From NCBI GenBank assembly GCA_036677745.1, contig JAVBVW010000005.1:307268-371267 (forward strand): 64,000 bases of DNA, written 5' to 3'. Origin of the DNA: Bacteroidales bacterium. GTDB lineage: Bacteria > Bacteroidota > Bacteroidia > Bacteroidales > UBA932. Below, piece by piece: positions 10,801 to 20,218 of this stretch. The notes below the pieces were generated by a model. That model saw only the letters and a program-made list of their open reading frames with translations, made no database searches and was not told where the DNA came from. Within the stretch, counting starts at the first letter, position 1. Each line of letters begins with the position of its first letter. The translations under genes were made by a program, and so were the position numbers.

Positions 10801-11035
10801 TTGTTCAGCCTTAATTGTTGTACTACGTTCCTTTTGAAAAAGCCGTGCTCTTGATAAAACGACCTGTTTCCCTTTGTAAAGGGGTTGCTTTTGGTGCTTT
10901 GAGCTTTCATTCGTTTTAAAGAGCGCTTTTTGCTGATTACTCTTAGCAGTAAATATTTTACGGGAGGTTAATTATTATGCTATAATTGTTAAGAGAACGA
11001 TAATCCTGTTATTATGCTTTAAGCTTAAATAGAGA

Positions 11036-12448
11036 TTAAAGTGCCTGCTTAAGGTTTTTTCTGGCTAGCGAAAGGGGTGCAAGTGTAGAGGGTCCGTTAA
11101 TACAGCCTCCCGGGCATGCCATTACCTCAACAAACTGCGCCTGTGGCTTTTTAATCATACTTTTTAGTATTGCAATATTCTGTTTGTTAAGGCCATCAAT
11201 ACAAATTGACGAATATCTCTCCCCGGTGGCAGCTGCAACAGCCTCCTTTACGCCTCCGGATTGGGCAAAACCTCTGCCCAGATGGGTGATCTGAGAGTCA
11301 AGAGGTGTCTCTTCGCACTCACGAACATCAACCTTGTATGCCGCCAGAAAAGCGCCTACCTCTTCGAAGCTCATTACATAATCTACTTCAGGAATTGAGT
11401 CAGCTTCGTGCCTTTTTGCCAGACACGGGCCTACAAACACTACCTGCGCATCAGGATTCTCCTCTTTTACGCGGCGGGCGGTATATACCATAGGGCTTTT
11501 GGTGTGGGAGACATAAGGTTTAAATGCAGGGGCGTGTTTTTCTACCCATTCAGTATAAGCAGGGCAGCATGATGATGTCATAAATGGATCTCCCTGATTT
11601 ATTCGCTCTACAAGCTCTTCGGATTCGTATCGGGCTGTATCCTCAGCTCCGAGTGCTACCTCAACAACATGGTCAAACCCGATTCTTTTCATTGCTGTAA
11701 TAATTTGACCTGGTGTTGCATCAAACTGACCGAATATGGCTGGTGCAACAATGGCCACTATATTTACTCCGGGGCGTGATGCCATTTTGTGTATATCAAC
11801 AATTTTTGACCTCTCCATAATGGCACCATACGGGCAGGCTTGCATACAACGTCCGCAGTAGATACACTTGTCCTTGTCTATGTTTTCGGTACCATCGGCG
11901 TTTTTTTTGATAGCCTTAACAGGGCAGGCCTCTTCACATGGTACCGGTGTATATATTATTGCATGATACGGGCACACCTTCTGGCAAATACCGCAGCTGA
12001 CGCAATCTTCCTGAGTAATTATTGCTTTACCCTGTTTAAAAGAGACAGCTCCTTTGGGGCAGTTCATCAGGCAGGGGCGACCTTCGCAGCCTCGGCACAT
12101 ATTGGTGATAAAATACTGAGATTGCATACAAGCACTGCAGGCTTCATGTACAACCGACAGGATTGACTCTTTTATATTTTTATTATCGAGTGAGCGTTGT
12201 GCGTAGGATTCAAGAGATATAAGATCGATATCTTCGTCTTTGATGTCAAAACCGAGTATCGAAATTATTTTGTGCTTTATAATATAGCGGTCTTTATGTA
12301 CGCAGCAGTCAATATTACGTTTTTCCCTTGGGCGCATCTCAACGGGAATTTTTTTAATATCTTCTACAAGTTTCTCACGGATAAGGACTTTGACAAGACG
12401 TATCAGAAGTTCGCGTTTTGCCAGCATCGCATAATTATCATACAGCAT
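11036..12448 (-). CDS. [FeFe]-hydrogenase, catalytic type with intact H-cluster motifs (group-B-like, monomeric)
   Basis: 470 aa with several Cys-rich ferredoxin-like motifs (CxxCxxCxxxCP repeats). H-domain motifs are L1 'TSSCCPAY', L2 'GPCLAKRHE' and L3 'EVMACPGGCINGP'. It is the last gene of the minus-strand train. Confidence 0.85.
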   Translation of the reverse strand: MLYDNYAMLAKRELLIRLVKVLIREKLVEDIKKIPVEMRPREKRNIDCCVHKDRYIIKHKIISILGFDIKDEDIDLISLESYAQRSLDNKNIKESILSVVHEACSACMQSQYFITNMCRGCEGRPCLMNCPKGAVSFKQGKAIITQEDCVSCGICQKVCPYHAIIYTPVPCEEACPVKAIKKNADGTENIDKDKCIYCGRCMQACPYGAIMERSKIVDIHKMASRPGVNIVAIVAPAIFGQFDATPGQIITAMKRIGFDHVVEVALGAEDTARYESEELVERINQGDPFMTSSCCPAYTEWVEKHAPAFKPYVSHTKSPMVYTARRVKEENPDAQVVFVGPCLAKRHEADSIPEVDYVMSFEEVGAFLAAYKVDVRECEETPLDSQITHLGRGFAQSGGVKEAVAAATGERYSSICIDGLNKQNIAILKSMIKKPQAQFVEVMACPGGCINGPSTLAPLSLARKNLKQAL

Positions 12449-12692
12449 CGTTAAGGGTCTCTTTTAAAATTTGCACTAGATTTGATTTTGTTACTCCCGG
12501 AATTGTCTTCCCGTCTATCTGAATGTAGGGTGGTTCTCCCACGTCTGAACACATACCCATACATGGAGAATAGCTGACAGAAAAATGTTTCATAATATCG
12601 TCGGGCATAAGATCCAGCATGGCTCTTAATTCTGCCCCTCCCATCACGTAGCACATTGTGCCAGTGCATATTTTCAAACTTTTCTTTTTCAT
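12438..12692 (-). CDS. Small thioredoxin-like [2Fe-2S] ferredoxin (NuoE/HndA fold)
   Basis: 84 aa with four Cys spaced C-x4-C…C-x3-C (KICTGTMC … SPCMGMC). It overlaps the downstream hydrogenase start by 11 nt, which suggests translational coupling. Confidence 0.7.
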   Translation of the reverse strand: MKKKSLKICTGTMCYVMGGAELRAMLDLMPDDIMKHFSVSYSPCMGMCSDVGEPPYIQIDGKTIPGVTKSNLVQILKETLNDAV

Positions 12693-12722
12693 TCCTGTCT
12701 GTTTTGTTGTTTGAATGTTGTA

Positions 12723-13910
12723 TCAGATATAATTAATGTCAACATCTTTCAGCCATTTGCTTTCGAGCAGAGATTTAATCTTTTTAACAACGTTTCGCCG
12801 TATCTCAAGCTCTATGGGTAGTGTAGGGTCCTGATGCGCTATATTGATGCGTGTTCCAACCAGAAATGTGATTTTATCACTTTCTGCGAGTAATCTGAGC
12901 AGTTTTTCAGCAGGACCATCCTTATATTTTGATTCATACTCCTCTTCTGAGAGGACTCTTTCAACCTTACTGAGAGTCAGTATACCCTCTGTTATCAGAT
13001 CAATTCCCTCCATGTTTGACACAGGAGGAAGTTCTCTGTCAGAAGAGGATCCAACATCGGTTGTGATTGAACGGCCTGTCTCCCTTGAGATTATTTGAGC
13101 GGTTGTGCCGCCGCAAACAATTTTTTGTCCTTGAAAATTACTAATGTAATTGCTTAGGTAAACATCATTCTTTTCGTCGTAAGGAGGGCCGGTACAAACC
13201 AGAAGATTGCGTGGTTTGCGCATATAAATCACACAACAGCTGGTGTCGTCTTTAAGTACCGAACAGTCATTTTGTTCAGCTTTAATTACTATTCGTCTTG
13301 AGAGATCTTTTGCAGAAATATCGGGGTTTCTGTTTACTATCATCGAGATAAATTCCATTGCCCCATCTTCCCAGCCAAGAGGCATATTTCGGTTTCCCAT
13401 TCCCGATTGGCTTACTCCATCACTAAAGAAGATAATTCTATCCTCTTTTTGCATACGAAACTCAGAGATAAGCAGATGGGTGTTTGCAAGGTCTTCACGT
13501 TCAACGGGAATTTTCTTCTTAGGAATATTAATAAACTCTCCATTCCTGAAAAGGTAAAAAGAGGGTGTTTCGTATTCTGCTATCCGGACATTTCCAAAAC
13601 AGTCAATTTCACACAAACAAAAGGTGGAATAGCTTATTCTGCGGACAACATCCTCCGGCAATGTTTTAAGAACAGACGAAGCTGAGTCCATAATATCTTC
13701 GTTCATTATAGAGAAATTGAGCAACATAGAGGATGTTATTGTTGAGAGAACGCTAGCCTTTATACCGCTGCCAAGCCCGTCTGACAGTACACTTATAACG
13801 CGACCCTCCTCCTTGAACTTATGAGACATAAAGCTATCTCCGCAGACAATATTGCCGGCCTTGTTTTTCTGACAACAATCTACCTCTATAAAATCTCCGT
13901 TAACCCTCAT
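12723..13910 (-). CDS. PP2C/SpoIIE-family serine phosphatase with an uncharacterised C-terminal domain
   Basis: The N-terminal half has PP2C-like motifs (GDSF…, SDGLGSGIKASV, FFSDGVSQSG). About 150 C-terminal residues are not recognised. The preferred start is the ATG at 13910 (MRVNGDF…, preceded by AGGGAGG). The ORF-track start at 13955 would overlap hydS by 56 nt. Confidence 0.8.
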   Translation of the reverse strand: MRVNGDFIEVDCCQKNKAGNIVCGDSFMSHKFKEEGRVISVLSDGLGSGIKASVLSTITSSMLLNFSIMNEDIMDSASSVLKTLPEDVVRRISYSTFCLCEIDCFGNVRIAEYETPSFYLFRNGEFINIPKKKIPVEREDLANTHLLISEFRMQKEDRIIFFSDGVSQSGMGNRNMPLGWEDGAMEFISMIVNRNPDISAKDLSRRIVIKAEQNDCSVLKDDTSCCVIYMRKPRNLLVCTGPPYDEKNDVYLSNYISNFQGQKIVCGGTTAQIISRETGRSITTDVGSSSDRELPPVSNMEGIDLITEGILTLSKVERVLSEEEYESKYKDGPAEKLLRLLAESDKITFLVGTRINIAHQDPTLPIELEIRRNVVKKIKSLLESKWLKDVDINYI

Positions 13911-15633
13911 TGTGCCTCCCTCTGCTTTCGGCCTCCTTCTGATCGTAAGCATCAATAATTGAACGAAGTGTTGAGTCAGTATAGGCAGCGTTTTCTCCCA
14001 AGAGCCCGGCTACCTTTTGGACAGTGCTCATATGGTTACGGATAACTTCGCGCGTTTTCTCCAGAATCCACTCTTTCTTTACGCTTGGCTCATTCAGACT
14101 CTGCAACAATCCAAATACCTGTCTGTTTGGCTGAAGGTTATAAATTGAAAGAAGCCATGTTTTCTCATTATCTGTTATGCGTCTCTCTTTAAGCTCCTCT
14201 CCGGTAGCAAATGCTGTCCGGAAAAAAGGTTCAAACGAACAGATTTTTCCAAGTGCAGCACCACTCATACCGGGCATCAGATCGTAAACAGAAAGGATAT
14301 CTTCTCCCATATACGATGCAAAAGTTCTGTTCATATCAACAACCTTCAGGTCTGAATTAACAAGTATGACTCCTGCAGGAATCTTCTGAAGCAACACCGT
14401 GGCTTTGTCGTGAGCAATTTTACGCATATACGAAGCACACATGTTGTCTTCTGCTCTTCTGTCGAGCATTGCAACTGCAAAATCGCGGCAAGAGTCATAA
14501 CCACAACTGCTGCAGTTGAGTTCATCTTCTACTGTTGTTTTGCCAACAGTTGCCAGAGCTGCTTTTATTTCAATTTCTGTATATTTCTGTGTGCTTTTCT
14601 GACAGTTGCTGCTGAACGTTATTGCTAAATCAAGATGAGAGAACTCTTTATTAGGCTCTCCTGTTTCGCATTTGTCAATTATATCATAACGTTTTCTTGC
14701 AATAGAACCTGAATTGAGCTTAGCGGGGCCGTTAACACATCCGCCGCTACATGCAAGCAATTCCAGAAACATTGGGTCTGAACCCTCATCGGGGTTCAGT
14801 TCATTAAGCACACTCTTTACAACATCAATCCCCGAGAATGACATGTAGTGTACAGGCTTCTGCAGAGTGTTCATTCCTTTTAGCATACCTCCCTCTATGG
14901 GATAGGCGGCTCCAATTCGTGAATTGAATGGAATAAATGCCTCTCTGACATTACCCGAAATATCTCTTAGTGGCAGTTCTCCCTCAGATTCGAGCCACTC
15001 GTTAAGATCTTTGAATGTAATGGCAACATCAACAAGGTGGTTGAAGTTGTCTGATTCGATTTTTTTGCTGATACAGGGTCCAGCAAAGATTATCCTTATA
15101 TCATCGCCGTACATCTCCCGCAACATCATTGCGTGGGCAATCATCGGCGAAACAATGGGAGTAATGTTATCTACAAGAGAGGGTGCGTACTTTCGGATAT
15201 AATCCACAATTACAGGGCAGGCCGATGATATGTGAACCTTCTGAGATGACTCCCCTATATATTGTTCTGTTTTTGCAGAGACTACCTCTGCACCCAGTGC
15301 GGTCTCGGAAACTCCTGCAAAACCCAACCTTTTAATAGCCGCAATAAGTGATGAGACAGGAATATTCCCAAATTCACTAACGTATGAAGGTGCAAGCGAC
15401 AAAAATACATTTCCCGGATGCTTGCTTAGTGTGTATTTGGCTCTGGTTAGCCCGTCACGCACCTTTTTGGCACCGGTTGGACAGACCTGAGTACAGTGAC
15501 CACAGTATATGCACCGCTCCTCAATTATTGAAGCCTTATTACCTTCAACCATTATGGCTTTTACAGGACACTCTCTGATACATTTGTAACAATCCTGACA
15601 ATTCTCGGGTTCGGTGTAAATTGGTCTTAACAT
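13900..15633 (-). CDS. hydS: Putative sensory [FeFe]-hydrogenase (HydS-like, group C) with C-terminal PAS domain
   Basis: 577 aa with an N-terminal 2x[4Fe-4S] ferredoxin motif. H-domain motifs are altered relative to catalytic enzymes: L1 'SSACP' instead of TSCCP, L3 'ELLACSGGC' instead of ExMxCxxGC. An extra C-x2-C-x4-C-x16-C motif (CSSCGYDSCRDFAVAMLDRRAEDNMC) follows, then a PAS-like segment (LLQKIPAGVILVNSDLKVVDMNRTFASYMG). Confidence 0.85.
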   Translation of the reverse strand: MLRPIYTEPENCQDCYKCIRECPVKAIMVEGNKASIIEERCIYCGHCTQVCPTGAKKVRDGLTRAKYTLSKHPGNVFLSLAPSYVSEFGNIPVSSLIAAIKRLGFAGVSETALGAEVVSAKTEQYIGESSQKVHISSACPVIVDYIRKYAPSLVDNITPIVSPMIAHAMMLREMYGDDIRIIFAGPCISKKIESDNFNHLVDVAITFKDLNEWLESEGELPLRDISGNVREAFIPFNSRIGAAYPIEGGMLKGMNTLQKPVHYMSFSGIDVVKSVLNELNPDEGSDPMFLELLACSGGCVNGPAKLNSGSIARKRYDIIDKCETGEPNKEFSHLDLAITFSSNCQKSTQKYTEIEIKAALATVGKTTVEDELNCSSCGYDSCRDFAVAMLDRRAEDNMCASYMRKIAHDKATVLLQKIPAGVILVNSDLKVVDMNRTFASYMGEDILSVYDLMPGMSGAALGKICSFEPFFRTAFATGEELKERRITDNEKTWLLSIYNLQPNRQVFGLLQSLNEPSVKKEWILEKTREVIRNHMSTVQKVAGLLGENAAYTDSTLRSIIDAYDQKEAESRGRHNEG

Positions 15634-15872
15634 TAAAATTCCTCTTTTAATATTTTATAAAGCCGGGACATGTTTACATTCTCGTAAACCTTATCGTCTA
15701 TGACAATAACCGGGCCTCTGCTGCACATATTTTCGCAGAGGCGCCCGGTAAATGTAAGTTGGGCATCCAATGAGTTGTCCTGGATAAATTGCTTTATAAC
15801 CTTAACATTAGCACTATTCCCACGACTGAAACAGGAACTTCCCAAACATATTTTTATGGTGCGTTTTTGCAT
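15633..15872 (-). CDS. Small thioredoxin-like [2Fe-2S] ferredoxin (NuoE/HndA fold)
   Basis: 79 aa with Cys pattern KICLGSSC … RLCENMC. Its stop overlaps the hydS start. It is a paralog of the 84-aa protein at 12438..12692. Confidence 0.7.
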   Translation of the reverse strand: MQKRTIKICLGSSCFSRGNSANVKVIKQFIQDNSLDAQLTFTGRLCENMCSRGPVIVIDDKVYENVNMSRLYKILKEEF

Positions 15873-15898
15873 TACAAGCGTTTGTTAGCTTAGTGGGA

Positions 15899-16891
15899 CT
15901 ATCTTTTTAGCCTCTCTGTGAGTAATGGGACAATTTTTTTAACATCTCCCACTATTCCCAGATCAGAAGTCTGGAATATTGGTGCGAACTTGTCTTTATT
16001 AATAGCTATTATATAGTCTGACTCCTCCATTCCAGCAAGGTGCTGAATTGCTCCTGAGATACCCAGTGCAAAATATAGGTCGGGTCTGACTGTTTTACCT
16101 GTCTGACCTACCTGACGATTGTGGGTAACAATACCGGCATCAACCAGTGCACGAGAAGATGATACCTCTGCACCAATTGTCTGTGCAAACTCACGTAACT
16201 TGCCGAAACCTTCTGCATCACCCACTCCGCGGCCTCCTGAAACTAAGATGTTGGCCTCTGTGATATCTACAAGGTTGCGCTCTTCCTTTACTGTTTCAAT
16301 CAGCTTGACTCTGAATTTAGAACTGTTAAACTTAGCATTGAAGTTTACTATTTCACCTTTACGGCTGGTGTCAGGAGTGATGGCACACATTACTCCCGGT
16401 CTTACGGTTGACATTTGAGGGCGGTGCTCTTTGCAGACAATTGTTGCCATCATATTTCCTCCGAATGCCGGACGTGTCATCATAAGATTTCCTTCGTCTG
16501 ATATCTCCAGAGCTGTACAGTCGGCTGTAAGTCCGGTTGTAAGCCTTGCCGAGAGTCTTGGGCCAAGATCGCGTCCGATTGTGGTTGCACCAATAAGGAT
16601 GATGCTTGGTTTAAACTCCTCTGCAATCTGATGTAGGGCCTGAGTATAAGGCTCTGTCATATAGTGTTTTAACTCAGGAGAGTCAACTACAATAACTTTG
16701 TCTGCTCCGTGTGAAATACAATCTGCAGCCAGACTCTGTATATTGTCACCAAGCAAAAGAGCGCATACTTTATCGCCGTGTTTGGCAGCCAGTTCTACGG
16801 CTTTGCCAAGCAACTCAAGCGATACACTTTGCAGTATGCCTTCACGCTGCTCAATAAACACATAAATATCTTTATAATTTGCTTTGTCCAT
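15899..16891 (-). CDS. etfA: Electron transfer flavoprotein alpha subunit (EtfA)
   Basis: 330 aa with typical EtfA blocks (…LVSGGRGVG…, AIGISGAIQHLAGM). It lies immediately downstream of etfB and bcd. Confidence 0.92.
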   Translation of the reverse strand: MDKANYKDIYVFIEQREGILQSVSLELLGKAVELAAKHGDKVCALLLGDNIQSLAADCISHGADKVIVVDSPELKHYMTEPYTQALHQIAEEFKPSIILIGATTIGRDLGPRLSARLTTGLTADCTALEISDEGNLMMTRPAFGGNMMATIVCKEHRPQMSTVRPGVMCAITPDTSRKGEIVNFNAKFNSSKFRVKLIETVKEERNLVDITEANILVSGGRGVGDAEGFGKLREFAQTIGAEVSSSRALVDAGIVTHNRQVGQTGKTVRPDLYFALGISGAIQHLAGMEESDYIIAINKDKFAPIFQTSDLGIVGDVKKIVPLLTERLKR

Positions 16892-16893
16892 AA

Positions 16894-17679
16894 CTATCTT
16901 ATTATGAATTTCTCTTTTAGTTTATTTAATATGATCTCAACTGCCTCCTGAGGCTCTACTTCGTGAAGTTGTCCTGCAGCTTTAGCTCCTCTTGTGAAAG
17001 ATTTGGCCACACGTGTAGGGGAGCCACCCAGGCCGAGCTTCTTTTCGTCGATATTGATGTGCTCATATCCACGTATGCTTACCTCTTTGCCAAAGGACTC
17101 TACAATTCCGCGAACCGACATATAACGAGCTTTATTGGCGCTTGAGAGTACTGTAAGAACACATGGTGTCTCTACCTCAAGAATCTGATATCCCTCCTCG
17201 GTTGATTTCTTGACGGTCAGTTTTTTATTGCCGTCAAATTTTACATCCTCTACATAGGTGATCTGTGGTAAATCGAGGTGCTCTGCTATCTGTGGTCCTA
17301 CCTGTGCTGTATCGCCGTCAATTGCCTGACGTCCTGTAATTATAACATCAAAATCGAGCGTTTTAAGTGCGCCTGCAAGAGTGTTAGATGTAGCAAGTGT
17401 ATCTGCTCCGGCAAATTTACGGTCGGTAAGCAGGATTCCTTTATCAGCACCCATTGCATAGGCTTCGCGAATTATCGCCTCTGCCTTTAACGGACCCATA
17501 GTGATTACTGTAACTTCGGCACCAAATTCATCTTTCAGTCGGAGAGCCAGTTCAAGACCTCCTTTATCATCTGGGTTCATGATGCTGGGAACACCCTCCC
17601 GTATCATTGTCCCGGTAACAGGATCCAGTTTTATCTCAGTTGTATCAGGTACCTGCTTTATGCAAACTATTATCTTCAT
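16894..17679 (-). CDS. etfB: Electron transfer flavoprotein beta subunit (EtfB)
   Basis: 261 aa. The start MKIIVCIKQVPD and the segment …DLIITGRQAIDGDTAQVGP are characteristic of EtfB. Confidence 0.92.
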   Translation of the reverse strand: MKIIVCIKQVPDTTEIKLDPVTGTMIREGVPSIMNPDDKGGLELALRLKDEFGAEVTVITMGPLKAEAIIREAYAMGADKGILLTDRKFAGADTLATSNTLAGALKTLDFDVIITGRQAIDGDTAQVGPQIAEHLDLPQITYVEDVKFDGNKKLTVKKSTEEGYQILEVETPCVLTVLSSANKARYMSVRGIVESFGKEVSIRGYEHINIDEKKLGLGGSPTRVAKSFTRGAKAAGQLHEVEPQEAVEIILNKLKEKFIIR

Positions 17680-17691
17680 AATTTCTCTTTG

Positions 17692-18831
17692 TTATTTAAG
17701 TATGTTTGCAGCGATTACCATTCTCTGGACTTCGCTGGTGCCTTCGTATATTTCTGTGATCTTTGCATCACGCATCATCCGCTCTACAGGATACTCTCTT
17801 GTATAGCCATATCCTCCGTGGAACTGAACAGCCTTTGTTGTCATCTCCATTGCGGTTTCTGCCGCAAAGAGCTTACACATTGCAGCATCGGCAGAGTAGG
17901 GAAGCTTCATATCTTTTTTCCAGGCTGCAGAGCGTACCAGAAGGCGTGCTGCCTGAATTTTAGTTTCAAGATCGGCCAGTTGGAACTGTGTGTTCTGGAA
18001 TGCAGAGATTGGCTTGCCAAACTGCTTGCGCTCTTTTGTGTATTTAATGGTTTCGTCCATAGCTCCCTGAGCAATACCAAGAGCCTGAGATGCAATTCCT
18101 ATACGACCTCCGTCAAGTGTTTTCATTGCAATTCCAAAACCTTTTCCAATCTGTCCCAGCAGGTTTTCCTTAGGTACGATACAGTTTTCCATTATCAGTT
18201 CACATGTGGCAGAGCCGCGGATTCCCAGCTTCTTCTCTTTTTTACCCACTGAGAAGCCCGGAAACTTAGTCTCTACAATAAAGGCAGAGATTCCGCGTGT
18301 ACCCTGGGATTTGTCAGTCATTGCAATAATGATATTAACATCGGCATATGCAGCATTGGTGATAAAGATCTTTGATCCGTTAAGCACCCAGTGATCTCCC
18401 ATATCCGTTGCAATTGTCTGCTGACCTCCAGCGTCTGTACCTGCATTTGGTTCGGTTAGTCCAAATGTGCCAATCCACTCGCCGCTTGCAAGTTTAGGCA
18501 GGTATTTGCGCTTTTGCTCCTCTGTTCCGAATTCCCAGATTGGAGCACAGCATAAAGAGGTGTGTGCAGAGACGATAACTCCTGTTGTTGCGCAGGCTCT
18601 GGAAAGCTCCTCGACGCACATAGAGTATAGCTGGTTATCACCACCGGCACCACCATACTCAGCCGGAAACGGAATACCCATGATTCCCAGTTTTGCCATT
18701 TTTTTTACGGTCTCCACCGGGAAGCGCTCCTGCTCGTCGATTTCGGCAGCCAAAGGCTTAACCTCCTTCTCGGTGAACTCCCTGATCATCTGCAGGAAAA
18801 GCTCCTGCTCTTTACTTAGAGAAAAATCCAT
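17692..18831 (-). CDS. bcd: Butyryl-CoA dehydrogenase (short-chain acyl-CoA dehydrogenase, Bcd)
   Basis: 379 aa with the acyl-CoA dehydrogenase signature (…GLTEPNAGTDA…, QFHGGYGYTREYPVERMMRDAKITEIYEGTSEVQ). It is adjacent to etfBA. Confidence 0.9.
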   Translation of the reverse strand: MDFSLSKEQELFLQMIREFTEKEVKPLAAEIDEQERFPVETVKKMAKLGIMGIPFPAEYGGAGGDNQLYSMCVEELSRACATTGVIVSAHTSLCCAPIWEFGTEEQKRKYLPKLASGEWIGTFGLTEPNAGTDAGGQQTIATDMGDHWVLNGSKIFITNAAYADVNIIIAMTDKSQGTRGISAFIVETKFPGFSVGKKEKKLGIRGSATCELIMENCIVPKENLLGQIGKGFGIAMKTLDGGRIGIASQALGIAQGAMDETIKYTKERKQFGKPISAFQNTQFQLADLETKIQAARLLVRSAAWKKDMKLPYSADAAMCKLFAAETAMEMTTKAVQFHGGYGYTREYPVERMMRDAKITEIYEGTSEVQRMVIAANILK

Positions 18832-18845
18832 AATATAGTTGTGTT

Positions 18846-20201
18846 TTAATTTTTCCAGATTTCTGAATCACTTGGTACTTGAATACGTGCTGAAAGCGGG
18901 GCTACACGTGTAATATTTAACAGATGCTTGTATGTGAAATTCTCTGATATTGAGTTGTTTCCCCAAGTTCCGCAACCAAGAGTATTGGTAACGGCAAGTC
19001 CGTTTTGAATAGATCCGCCGGCGGTAGTGGCGCAGATTGCATTTACAATTACGCGTGAAACAGAGAGCTCGGTCCCGGCTTTAATAATGTTTGCCTGGTT
19101 GTTTGAGTGTATGCCGGCCGTGTGACCACTCCCCTCAAATGTGAGATTTTTCTCAGCTATTTCTATAGCTTCGTCAAAATAACCGTAAGGAATGACCGTT
19201 AATACAGGGAACATCTTTTCTTTGCAGATAATATCAGCCTTGCCTGCACATTTTGCCTCAATAACAAGAATTTTGGTATCTTCCGGAACTGTTATCCCTG
19301 CTGCCTTTGCGATTGTGATTGCAGATTTGCCTATCAACTCTCTAGTCATTGTTCCATCCTGAAATATTGTATCAACAACCCTCTGGCGCTCCTCCTCAGG
19401 AACAACGTAACCTTTGTTTTTTCTGAATGCATCAAGTACCTCTTCGCGGCACTCCTTCGGATAAATTGCACTTTGCTCTCCCGAGCATATAATTCCGTTA
19501 TCAAACGAACGTCCGGTAACAATTTTCCCCACTGCAAGATCATAATCAATATTTCGGTCAAGAATCACCTGGACATTTCCGGCACCCACTCCGAACGAAG
19601 GTTTGCCTGATGAGTACGCAGATTTTACCATTGGCATACCTCCTGTGGCAACAACAGTATCGCACCTCCTCATAAGCTCCTGAGTCTTCTCAAGTGTAGG
19701 CTCCTCAATCACCTGTACCATGCCCTCTGGTACATTCATAGGGGCAATTGCTTCAATTATTGCCTTAACCGCAGCTACAGAGCACCTCTTAGCTCTGGGG
19801 TGAGGGGATATTATTATGGCATTCTTGGTTTTAAGAGCAAAAATTATCTTTGACATAGGGGTTACAATAGGGTTTGTCATTGGAGTAATTCCGGCAACAA
19901 CGCCTATTGGTTTTGCAATCTCGATAAGTCCTGTCATTTCGTCTATGCTCAGAATACCCATCGATTTTTTCCCTTTAAGGTTATTCCAAACACCTTTTGA
20001 TTTGTTTCGGTTTTTGGCGACCTTATCTTCATAAACGCCCATCTCTGTCTCCTCAACAGCCATACGTGCAAGCTCTTCGGCATTATCGAAGATGGCGCGT
20101 GCGGCCAGTTTAATGGTCTGATCTACATCGTCCTGGTCAAATTGTACCTGGTAAGCGGCCTGCGCTTTGCGCGCCAGTGCAATCATCTCTTTTATCTCCA
20201 T
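18846..20201 (-). CDS. sucD: CoA-acylating succinate-semialdehyde dehydrogenase (SucD-type aldehyde dehydrogenase)
   Basis: 451 aa. It resembles the recalled Clostridium kluyveri/Porphyromonas gingivalis SucD along its length (EETEMGVYEDKVAKN…, NGIICSGEQS, GHTAGIHS, TLGCGTWGNNSISEN). Confidence 0.82.
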   Translation of the reverse strand: MEIKEMIALARKAQAAYQVQFDQDDVDQTIKLAARAIFDNAEELARMAVEETEMGVYEDKVAKNRNKSKGVWNNLKGKKSMGILSIDEMTGLIEIAKPIGVVAGITPMTNPIVTPMSKIIFALKTKNAIIISPHPRAKRCSVAAVKAIIEAIAPMNVPEGMVQVIEEPTLEKTQELMRRCDTVVATGGMPMVKSAYSSGKPSFGVGAGNVQVILDRNIDYDLAVGKIVTGRSFDNGIICSGEQSAIYPKECREEVLDAFRKNKGYVVPEEERQRVVDTIFQDGTMTRELIGKSAITIAKAAGITVPEDTKILVIEAKCAGKADIICKEKMFPVLTVIPYGYFDEAIEIAEKNLTFEGSGHTAGIHSNNQANIIKAGTELSVSRVIVNAICATTAGGSIQNGLAVTNTLGCGTWGNNSISENFTYKHLLNITRVAPLSARIQVPSDSEIWKN

Positions 20202-20218
20202 TGCGTTATGATATTAAA

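Noticed and set aside
10800-11035. Possible small RNA or terminator downstream of the hydrogenase gene
   Set aside because: Only a weak CCCTTT/AAAGGG palindrome is present. There is no convincing stem-loop plus U-tract and no promoter box.
17689-18252. 187-aa + strand ORF antisense to bcd. Similar long antisense ORFs occur at 20772..21224, 23247..23642, 5822..6280, 7430..7888, 10233..10643, 40052..40408, 41158..41511 and 49661..50194.
   Set aside because: These are shadow ORFs opposite well-supported genes. Their composition is Cys/Ser/Leu-rich and low in information, and they contain no recognisable motifs.
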